Assembly: GCA_040775095.1 (NCBI GenBank)
Contig: JAXGTD010000007.1
Location: forward strand, 946-64,945
DNA length: 64,000 nt
Origin: Chromatiaceae bacterium
GTDB lineage: Bacteria > Pseudomonadota > Gammaproteobacteria > Chromatiales > Chromatiaceae
Direction: 5' to 3'
Part shown: one piece after another, positions 22,105 through 30,033 of the stretch
How the letters are laid out: each line of letters opens with the position of its first letter
How positions within the stretch are numbered: position 1 is the first letter of the stretch
Notes under the pieces: model-generated
Database searches by the model: none
The model's input: only the letters and a program-made list of their open reading frames with translations
What the model was told of the DNA's origin: nothing
Program-made: the position numbers and the translations under genes

Positions 22105-23331
22105 ATGACAAGCCTTTCTGAACGGCTACGGCGGCTGCAGGGCGGCACCGCGCCGGGGCCGTCTGCCGAGGCCTTGCCGGTGACCAAGGCTGCTCTTGCG
22201 CAACGGCTGGAGCGGATGGACCCGACGCGGCGGCGTGTCGCCGTCGGGCCCGCACCCGACGCGGCCATGCTGGCGGAGCTGCTGGGCGGAGAGGTCCCCG
22301 CCCCTGGCGTGCTGCGCCTGGTGCGCGCGCGCCCCCTCGCCCATCGCCACGGGCGGTTCCAACCGGGCGATGCGGTCCATGCACTGGGTGCCCTGCACGT
22401 CGCGGGGCGGGCGGACTTGGCCAACACGCTCTTCCTCGACACCGAGACCAGCGGGCTGGCCGGCGGCACCGGCACCTGGGCCTTCGTCTGCGGATTCGGA
22501 CGCATCCTCGCGGATCGTTTGATCCTGACCCAATATCTGCTCACCCGGCTCGATGCGGAGCCGGTGTTCCTGACGCTGCTGGCGAGGGAATTGGAGGGCG
22601 TAAGGCAGCTGGTCAGCTACAACGGCAAGTCCTTCGATCTGCCGCTGCTCGTCACCCGCTTCCGGCTCTCGGGCATGGCGCCCGACTTCGAGGGCATCGA
22701 TCACCTCGATCTACTCCACCCGGTGCGGCGTGCCTTTGCCCGCCGCTGGCCGGACTGTCGCCTGACCAATGTCGAGCGGCGGCTGTTGGGTTTCACTCGC
22801 CGCGACGACCTGCCCGGGGCCGAGGCACCCGAGGCCTGGCGCGCCTGGCTGCGCCACGGCGACCACGCCCGTCTCGGCGCCGTGCTGCGGCATAATCGCA
22901 CCGACCTCATCTCGTTGGTGGCGCTCATCCCGGCGCTGGCGGCCATGCAGCGCGACCCGGCTGATCACGACGCGGACGTGGGGGCGATCGCCCGGCACTG
23001 GAGCCGGGCCGGCGATACGAACCAGGCACTGGCCTTGCTGGAGCGGTCCCGGTCGGCGCTGGATACGCCCGCGCTGCATGACCTGGCCGCCCTCTATCGC
23101 CGCCGCGGCGCCTGGGAACGGGCAACCGGCATCTGGCGTGCGCTGGCGCACACGGGCGACGTCGCGGCGCTGCTGGCCCTGGCCAAGTACCACGAGCACC
23201 AGGTGAATGACCCCGCCGGGGCACTGGAGCTCGCGCGGCGTCTGCCCGCCGGCCCCGAGCGCGAGCGCCGCTGCCACCGGCTCGAGGCCAAGCAGCGGGA
23301 GGAATGGCTGCAAGTCCCGCGGTGGTGTTAG
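22105..23331 (+). CDS. RNase H-like (DEDDh) 3'-5' exonuclease with C-terminal TPR-like repeats (MrfB/YprB-like)
   Basis: ATG at 22105 follows GGAGGGGG. Motifs are LFLDTETSGL (ExoI), SYNGKSFDLPLL (ExoII) and HNRTDLISL (ExoIII, H-x4-D). The helical C-terminal part reads LAALYRRRGAWERATGIWRALAHTGDVAALLALAKYHE. The track ORF from 21394 is an upstream over-extension inside the helicase gene. Confidence 0.8.
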   Translation: MTSLSERLRRLQGGTAPGPSAEALPVTKAALAQRLERMDPTRRRVAVGPAPDAAMLAELLGGEVPAPGVLRLVRARPLAHRHGRFQPGDAVHALGALHVAGRADLANTLFLDTETSGLAGGTGTWAFVCGFGRILADRLILTQYLLTRLDAEPVFLTLLARELEGVRQLVSYNGKSFDLPLLVTRFRLSGMAPDFEGIDHLDLLHPVRRAFARRWPDCRLTNVERRLLGFTRRDDLPGAEAPEAWRAWLRHGDHARLGAVLRHNRTDLISLVALIPALAAMQRDPADHDADVGAIARHWSRAGDTNQALALLERSRSALDTPALHDLAALYRRRGAWERATGIWRALAHTGDVAALLALAKYHEHQVNDPAGALELARRLPAGPERERRCHRLEAKQREEWLQVPRWC

Positions 23332-23467
23332 GTGGTGTTAACGAAGGGCGGATAGCGGGCCGTTCCCGTCCGGGTCACGGAAAGCCGGGCAGGGCAGGAG
23401 GATCTGATAGGATGCACGCCGGATTCACCCGGTCTCTTCTTGGTCACCGACCCATTCAGGAGCACAG

Positions 23468-24160
23468 ATGAGTATCACGCGTTTTAACCGCGGCGTTGTC
23501 GCGATCACCGTTGCCGTCGTCCTCGCCGGTTGCGCCACCACAGACGAGTATGGCAACCCAATGCCGGCGAGCGAGACGGCGAAGGGGCTGGGTATCGGGG
23601 CGCTGGCCGGCGCGGCGACCGGCGCGGCGCTCGGCTCGCTGAGCGCCAACGCGGGTCGGGGCGCGCTGATCGGTGCCGTCGGCGGGGCGCTCATTGGCGG
23701 GGCGGTCGGCAACTACATGGAGCAGCAGCGCAAGGATTTCGAAAAGGTCCTGGCCGATGAGATCGCGCGCGGCGACATCCGGGTCGAAAAGCTCTCGGAC
23801 GATCGGCTGCTCGTCGGTATGACCAGCGAGACCACCTTCGATGTGGACTCCGACCACATCAAGCCCGCCTTCGACAGCACCATGGACAAGATCGCGAACG
23901 TGGTGAACAAGTACGGCAAGACGCAGCTCAGCATCGCCGGCTACACCGACGACACCGGCTCCGCCGCCTACAACCAGGGCCTCTCGGAGCGCCGTGCCGA
24001 CGCGGTACGCAACTATCTGCTTGCCGACCAGGTCATCCCGCAGCGCCTGAGCGCGGTCGGTTATGGCGAGAGCTCACCGATCGCATCCAATGCCACCGAG
24101 GCGGGCCGGCGCCTGAACCGCCGCGTCGAGATCACGATCATTCCGGTCGTTGCCGGATGA
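23468..24160 (+). CDS. OmpA-family lipoprotein with glycine-zipper segment
   Basis: Lipobox VLAGC near the N-terminus. A Gly-zipper (GIGALAGAATGAALG...GAVGGALIGGAVG) follows. The C-terminal OmpA-like domain contains GYTDDTGSAAYNQGLSERRADAVRNYL and NRRVEI. Confidence 0.88.
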   Translation: MSITRFNRGVVAITVAVVLAGCATTDEYGNPMPASETAKGLGIGALAGAATGAALGSLSANAGRGALIGAVGGALIGGAVGNYMEQQRKDFEKVLADEIARGDIRVEKLSDDRLLVGMTSETTFDVDSDHIKPAFDSTMDKIANVVNKYGKTQLSIAGYTDDTGSAAYNQGLSERRADAVRNYLLADQVIPQRLSAVGYGESSPIASNATEAGRRLNRRVEITIIPVVAG

Positions 24161-24304
24161 CTCCAGACGATTGAACGATCCGAGACGGCCAGTCGGCCGT
24201 CAGCGTTGGTGTGCCGCCGGCACGGGCTGGAGGCGTTCAAGCGGCGTGGGGTGATGGTTGCTGACCTCATCCGTACCAGAACAACCGAAGCGACAGGGAC
24301 CACC

Positions 24305-26309
24305 ATGCAACCCATCGCGAAACAGGTTCAACTCAATTGGATCGTTGGCTACATCTGGGGCATCGCCGACGACGTGCTGCGCGACCTGTATGTGCGCGGC
24401 AAGTACCGCGACGTCATCCTGCCGATGACTGTGCTGCGGCGCCTCGATGCCGTGCTGGAGGACAGCAAGCAGGAGGCGCTCGACATGAAGACCATGCTCG
24501 ACCAGGCCGGTGTGGTCGAGCAGGACTCGGCCCTGCGCCAGGCTGCGGGCCAGGCATTCTAAAACACCTCTCGGTTTACGCTGTGTGATCTCAGGTCCCG
24601 CGCCAACCGCCAGCAACTCAAGGCCGACTTCGAGGCCTATCTCGATGGCTTCTCGCCGAACGTTCAGGACATTCTCGACAACTTCGAATTCCGCAACCAG
24701 ATCCCGCGCCTATCCAAGGCCGACGCCCTCGGCAGCCTGATCGAGAAGCTCACATCCCCGGAACGTCAACCTGAGCCCGACCCCCGTGCTCAACGAGGAT
24801 GGCAGCATCAAGCATCCCGCCCTCGACAACCACGGGATGGGCTCGATCTTCGAAGAGCTGGTGCGCAAGTTCAACGAGGAGAACAACGAGGAGGCCGGCG
24901 AGCACTGGACCCCGCGCGATGCCGTGCGCCTGATGACCCGGCTGATGTTCCTGCCCATCGCCGACGAGATCGAGTCCGGCACCTACCTGCTCTATGACGG
25001 CGCCTGCGGCACCGGCGGCATGCTGACCGTGGCGGAGGAGACCCTGCAATAGCTCGCCGCAGAACACGGCAAAGAGGTCGCCACCCACCTCTATGGCCAG
25101 GAGATCAACGCCAAGACCTACGCCATCTGCAAGGTCGACCTGCTGCTGAAGGGCGAGGGCGATGCGGCGGACAACATCGTCGGCGGCCCGGAGCACTCCA
25201 CGCTGGCCAACGATGCTTTCCCGTCCCGCGAGTTCGACTTCATGCTCTCCAATCCGCCCTACGGCAAGAGCTGGAAGACCGACCTGGAGCGCATGGGCGG
25301 CAAGAAGGACATGCGTGATCCGCGCTTCGTCATCGAGCACGCCGGCGACCCGGAATACTCCCTGGTGACGCGCTCCAGCGACGGCCAGATGCTGTTCCTG
25401 GCCAACAAGCTCTCGAAGATGAAGCACAAGAGCCGGACTGGTAGATGGTTGGGCAGCCGCATCGCCGAGGTCCACAACGGCAGCTCGCTGTTCACCGGCG
25501 ACGCCGGCCAGGGCGAGAGCAATATCCGCCGCTGGATCATCGAGAACGATTGGCTCGAGGCCATCGTCGCCCTGCCGCTGAACATGTTCTCCAACACCGG
25601 CATCGCCACCTACGTCTGGGTGCTCAGCAACCGCAAGGCGGAATATCGCAAGGGCAAGGTCCAGCTCATCGACGCCACCGCCTGGTACCAGCCCCTGCGC
25701 AAGAACCTCGGCAAGAAGAACTGCGAGCTGGCCGAGGCAGACATCCAGCGCATCTGCGATACCTTCCTCGCCTTCGAGGAGACCGAGCAGAGCAAGATCT
25801 TCGACAACCAGGCCTTCGGTTACTGGAAGGTCACCGTCGAACGTCCCCTGCGTGTCAAGGGCATCGACCCCAACCGCGTCTACAAGGCCGCGGAGATCAA
25901 GAAGCTCCGGGAGGAGGGCGAGCGCAGCGAGGATGCTCCGCCCGTCATCAAGAAGATCCACAAGAAGGTCGTCGCCGATTCCTTGCGCGGCCTGTTCGAT
26001 GTCACGATCAACGGCAAGCCCGCCGTTGTCGAGTACGAGCCTGACACCGAGCTGCGCGACACCGAGCAGATCCCGCTCCAAGAGCCCGGCGGCATCGTCG
26101 CCTTCCTCGAGCGCGAGGTTCTGCCCCATGCCCCGGACGCCTGGTACGTGCCCGACAGCGTCAAGATCGGCTACGAGATCAGCTTCACCCGCTACTTCTA
26201 CAAGCCCCAGCCCATGCGCGAGCTGGAAGAGATCGTCGCCGACATCCGTGCCCTGGAGCACGAGACCGGGGGACTGCTCGACGAGATCATCGGCGAGGCG
26301 GCATTGTGA
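24305..26309 (+). pseudogene. hsdM: Type I restriction-modification methyltransferase subunit HsdM, disrupted (2 in-frame stops + 1 frameshift)
   Basis: Three track ORFs (24206..24562, 24786..25052, 25242..26309) join into one HsdM. The parts are the N-terminal domain (IWGIADDVLRDLYVRGKYRDVILPMTVLRRLD), FEELVRKFNEENNEEAGEHWTPRDAV, the catalytic NPPYGKSW, and WLEAIVALPLNMFSNTGIATYVWVLS. The lesions are TAA at 24560-24562, a frame change near 24755-24762, and TAG at 25050-25052. Confidence 0.85.
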
Positions 26310-26794
26310 CGGACTCCAAGACCCCTCTGAGCGCGGGCGAGCGCCCTGCCTCCAAGGCCCTGCTCGGCGCTGCGACCACGGTCAATGCCGCGCTGACCCG
26401 GATGTACTGGCGCGTCGGTCGGCGTATCCGGGAGGACCTGCTCAAGGGCGACCGTGCCGAGTATGGGCAAGAGATTTTGCAGACACTGTCTGCACAATTG
26501 GTCCGGGACTACGGCCGCGGTTGGAGTCAGCGCAATCTCGCCTACATGATCCAGTTCGCCGAGGCCTTCGAGGACGAGCGCATTGTCGTAACGCTGTCAC
26601 GACATTTGAGCTGGAGCCATTCCCTCGCCCTGATTCCGTTGCGCGAGCCCAAGAGATCGGTCGGGACGGCGCGGAACCTGGCCCATATGTCTCCGAGGGT
26701 TGAACACAAGCGCACTTCAGGCTCCTTGTTATACGCTGGCTATCATTTGGAGCCGTTCGGCTCGCTTGCGCAACGGAGACTACAACATGGCTGA
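26306..26794 (+). pseudogene. DUF1016 (YhcG-like) gene fragment: N-terminal domain only, PD-(D/E)xK nuclease part missing
   Basis: The GTG overlaps the hsdM stop. The stretch VNAALTRMYWRVGRRIREDLL...YGQEILQTLSAQLVRDYGRGWSQRNLAYMIQFAEAF...LSWSHSLALIPL resembles the DUF1016 N-terminal domain. After about 26650 the reading frame loses all resemblance and ends at 26794. Confidence 0.6.
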
Positions 26795-27968
26795 GCCGGG
26801 CAGCGATACCGCAGGGCGTGCAGGCACCTACCAGGCGCAACCCCAAGGCTACCGCGCCTTTATCCCGTCTAGCTTGCCGCCAGATCCGCCGATCAGACTC
26901 GAAGGCGCGCTGCAAGCACTGTTGTCGCAGGCCGACCGGGCGCTGGGTCGGCTCGATGGCTCGGTTCAGACTCTGCCGAACCCAGACCTATTCATCTTCA
27001 TGTACGTGCGCAAGGAAGCAGTGCTCTCCAGTCAGATCGAAGGCACCCAGAGCTCCTTGCAGGACCTGTTGGCGGCAGAAGCCGAGCTGTTCTCACCCGA
27101 GACCCGCCCGCGCGACGTGGATGAGGTCGTCAACTACGTGAGGGCGCTCAACTACGGCATCGGACGGTTGGCCGAGCTACCTGTGTCCGTCCGCCTGATC
27201 CGCGAGATCCACGAGCGGCTGTTGCAAGGCGTGCGGGGCAGCCGATTGACGCCCGGAGAACTGCGCCGAAGCCAAAACTGGATTGGTCCGGGCGGCTGTA
27301 CCCTGAACGAGGCGACCTTTGTTCCGCCTCCGCCACATCTGGTGCCGGATTGCATGAGCGACCTGGAGCGATTCCTCCACCGCGCAGATCACCTCCCGGC
27401 CCTAGTCAAGATCGGCCTCGCCCATGCCCAGTTCGAGACCATCCACCCCTTTCTGGACGGCAATGGACGTGTCGGGCGGCTGTTGATCACTTTCCTGCTC
27501 ACCGAAGCCGGCATCCTCGGCAAGCCCGTCCTCTATCTTTCTCATTACTTCAAGCGCCACAGGGCCACCTACTACGAGCATCTTCAGGCGGTCCGCGACC
27601 GTGGCGTCTGGGAGGACTGGCTGGTCTTCTTTCTGCGCGGCGTCGCCGAGGTCAGTACCGAGGCCGTCGAGACGGCCCGCCACATCCTCCTGTTGCGCGA
27701 GTCCCACCGATCCGCCATCACCGAGCACCTGGGCCGCGCCGCCGGTAGCGGCCATCGGGTGTTGGAGGCCCTGTTCGATCGGCCCATCGTCGCCGTGACC
27801 GATGTCCAGGAGCTGACCGGTACCACCTATGCAGCCGCCAATCAGCTCGTCTCACGCCTCGAAGATCTGGGAATCTTGCTGGAAATAACTGGTTATGCGC
27901 GCAATGGGCGCTTCCGGTACGAGCCCTACGTCGCCCTGTTTGCCCTCGCCGAGGAGGCCGAGGGATGA
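26787..27968 (+). CDS. fic: Fic-family protein (Fic_N + Fido + C-terminal winged-helix), apparently intact
   Basis: ATG at 26787 lies 9 nt after GGAG. The Fic active-site motif HPFLDGNGRVGR is at 27444-27479. The N-terminal auto-inhibitory (S/T)xxxE(G/N) motif SSQIEG is at 27027-27044. YRAFIPSSLPP is typical of the Fic_N family. The 393 codons contain no lesion. Confidence 0.88.
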   Translation: MAEPGSDTAGRAGTYQAQPQGYRAFIPSSLPPDPPIRLEGALQALLSQADRALGRLDGSVQTLPNPDLFIFMYVRKEAVLSSQIEGTQSSLQDLLAAEAELFSPETRPRDVDEVVNYVRALNYGIGRLAELPVSVRLIREIHERLLQGVRGSRLTPGELRRSQNWIGPGGCTLNEATFVPPPPHLVPDCMSDLERFLHRADHLPALVKIGLAHAQFETIHPFLDGNGRVGRLLITFLLTEAGILGKPVLYLSHYFKRHRATYYEHLQAVRDRGVWEDWLVFFLRGVAEVSTEAVETARHILLLRESHRSAITEHLGRAAGSGHRVLEALFDRPIVAVTDVQELTGTTYAAANQLVSRLEDLGILLEITGYARNGRFRYEPYVALFALAEEAEG

Positions 27969-28267
27969 CCCGAGCCGCCTACCTCCCCCGTGCTGGTGCC
28001 CAAGCTCTGCTTGGGCACCAGGTCCCGGAAGCTCTGCTTCCCGGGAAGCAGAGCTTCCCAAGCCACATTCCCAAGCAGAGCTTGGGAACGAGCCGCACCC
28101 GCCTGACCGCCGACGTGGTCACCGGCAAGCTCGACGTGCGCGAGGCCGCCGCCGCTGTACCAGCGGTCGACCCCCTGGCTGCGGACGATGAGCCCGACAT
28201 CCTCGACGCCGGGTCCGAGACGGACCCCGACGAGCTGGATGCCCTCGCCGAGGAGGCCGACGCATGA
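27965..28267 (+). pseudogene. hsdS: Remnant of type I R-M specificity subunit HsdS (only the C-terminal tail is recognisable, ~28090..28267)
   Basis: The 100-codon ORF overlaps the fic stop (ATGA). Its C-terminal part RLTADVVTGKLDVREAAAAVP plus an acidic tail looks like the conserved HsdS C-terminus. The N-terminal two-thirds is encoded by the palindromic repeat cluster 27995..28088. Both target-recognition domains are absent. Confidence 0.55.
27995..28088. repeat. Cluster of related perfect palindromes built on AAGC-(TCT/AGA)-GCTT (REP/MITE-like)
   Basis: Three perfect palindromes: GGTGCCCAAGC-TCT-GCTTGGGCACC (27995-28019), the 32-nt palindrome GGAAGCTCTGCTTCCC|GGGAAGCAGAGCTTCC (28027-28058), and TTCCCAAGC-AGA-GCTTGGGAA (28068-28088). 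Confidence 0.8.
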
Positions 28268-29837
28268 CCCTGCCTCGCTCGGCGGACTATCTCGCCGGTC
28301 TGGTGCGCGAGCTGCGCGCGCTGCCGGCCGAGACCGAGTGGCTGGAGCTCAAGCACAACCAGGAGAATCCGCAGGTGATCGGCGAGTACATCTCGGCCCT
28401 GGCGAACGCGGCGGCACTGAACGGAAAGGCCCATGCCTATCTGATCTGGGGGGTCGAAGACGGCACTCACCGTATCCTCGGCACGCACTTCGAGCCCACG
28501 ACTGCCAGGAAGTGCAACGAGCCCCTGGAGAGCTGGCTGCTGCGGCTCTTGAACCCGAAGCTCGATTTCCGCTTCGATGCCATGGAGGTAGAGGGCCGAC
28601 GGCTGGTGATCCTCGAGATCGAGCGGGCGTCGCGCACCCCGGTGAGCTTTAGCGGCATCGAGTACATCCGCATCGGCGAGGTGAAGAAGCCGCTCAAGGA
28701 GGCCCCGGACCGGGAGCGGCGTCTGTGGCGCATTTTCGACCGCGCCCCCTTCGAGGAGTTGGACGCCGCCGAGCGCCAAGATGCGGACACCGTGCTCCGG
28801 CTGCTGGATTACCCGAGCTATTTCAACCTTCTGGAACTGCCCCTGCCCGCCAACCGCGACGGCATCTTGGAGGCCCTGGAGGCGGATCGCCTGATCCGGC
28901 GTTGTGATTCACGACAGCAGAAGAGGCCGTCGGCACCCTGTCTGGCCCTGGAGGCGGATCGCCTGATCCGGCGTTGTGATGCCGGGGACTGGGACATCAC
29001 CAACCTTGGGGCAGTCTTGTTCGCCAAGCGGCTCGACCAATTTGGCAAGCTGCGCCGCAAGGCGGTTCGGGTGGTTCAATATCGTGGCAACGGCCGGTTG
29101 GAGACCATCCGCGAGCAGGAGGGCAACAAGGGTTACGCGGCCGGGTTCGAGGGGCTGATCGGCTTCATCGACGGCCTGCTGCCGACCAATGAGGTCATTG
29201 AGCAGGCCCTGCGCCGGACCGTGCCCATGTTTCCTCAGCTCGCCGTGCGCGAGCTGGTTGCCAATGCGCGGATCCACCAGCATTTTTTTTTGTGACCGGT
29301 GCCGGCCCCATGGTGGAGATCTTCGACGACCGCATCGAGATCACCAACCCCGGAGAGCCGTTGGTGTCGACCGAGCGCTTCGTCGATACGCCACCGACCT
29401 CTCGCAACGATGCCTTGGCGTCATTGATGCGGCGCTTCCGGATCTGCGGGGAGCGCGGAAGCGGGATCGACAAGGTGCTGGATCAGGTTGAGATCTTCCA
29501 GCTGCCGGCGCCCCTGTTCGAGGTCCCACCGGGGTTCACCCGCACGGTTCTGTTTGCCCATAAGGACCTCAAAGAGTTGGATCGGCAGGGCCGGATCAGG
29601 GCTTGTTACCAGCACGCCTGCTTGTGCTATGTCACGCGCAAGAAGATGACCAACGCGACCTTGCGTACGAGATTCGGGATTGCGGACCAGAACTCGGCAG
29701 ATGCATCGCGCTTGCTCAAGGAGGCCCTGACCGAGGGCGTCATCGCGATTGAAGACCGGAGCGTGGGCACGAGGAGTCGTTGTTACGTGCCTTTCTGGGC
29801 CGCACCGAGCGAGGAAGCGCAGGAAGGCTTTGCTTGA
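28264..29837 (+). pseudogene. AlbA_2 (Schlafen-like) + HATPase_c_4 ATP-binding protein / putative transcriptional regulator, frameshifted at a T9 tract
   Basis: Two track ORFs (28264..29295 and 29292..29837) join into one protein family member. The N-terminal AlbA_2 part reads ETEWLELKHNQENPQVIGEYISALANAAALNGKAHAYLIWGVEDGTH. The ...RELVANARIHQHFF|VTGAGPMVEIFDDRIEITNPG junction is typical of the HATPase_c_4 domain. The break coincides with the T9 run at 29283-29291. Confidence 0.75.
28872..28980 (+). repeat. Direct 37-bp repeat with 72-bp period inside the AlbA_2 gene (in-frame 24-codon insertion)
   Basis: GGCCCTGGAGGCGGATCGCCTGATCCGGCGTTGTGAT occurs at 28872-28908 and again at 28944-28980, separated by 35 nt of unrelated sequence. 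The protein therefore reads ALEADRLIRRCD twice. Confidence 0.85.
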
Positions 29838-30033
29838 TCGGTTGCGCTGATTCTGCTGCCAAGCGTGGTACGTTCCGGAAACATTTATTTCAGTACAGTG
29901 GGTTACGGGCGGAGATTTGTTTGACGGTTGTTTGATGAGCCGTCGCACTCCAAGGCCCCGTGCTAGCTGTCCCAGGCGGGGAACGACGAGATCAACGTCT
30001 GATGCCCGGCGCCTGACGAAGGGAGATCTGAGG

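Noticed and set aside
23321-23340. Perfect tandem duplication GGTGGTGTTA x2 at the end of the MrfB-like gene. The TAG stop spans the junction.
   Set aside because: With a single copy, the same reading frame would end at TAA in the same codon position. The duplication does not change the protein, so it is a trivial slippage event.
24161-24304. Island boundaries: I searched both flanks (24161-24304 and 31294-31462) for att-like direct repeats, tRNA fragments, integrase or transposase remnants.
   Set aside because: I could recognise none by eye. I therefore do not call the R-M block a mobile element, only an accessory locus.
24750-26261. 503-aa minus-strand ORF opposite hsdM, considered as a possible real gene explaining why hsdM is broken.
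   Set aside because: Its translation is low-complexity (Leu/Gly/Asp/Val/Ala) without motifs. The plus-strand fragments assemble into a near-complete HsdM, so the antisense ORF is a composition artefact.
27965-28267. 100-codon ORF overlapping the fic stop, considered as a Fic antitoxin or partner protein.
   Set aside because: Its N-terminal two-thirds is the translation of perfect DNA palindromes, and its C-terminus matches the tail of HsdS. It is better explained as an hsdS remnant. Translation of the remnant cannot be excluded.
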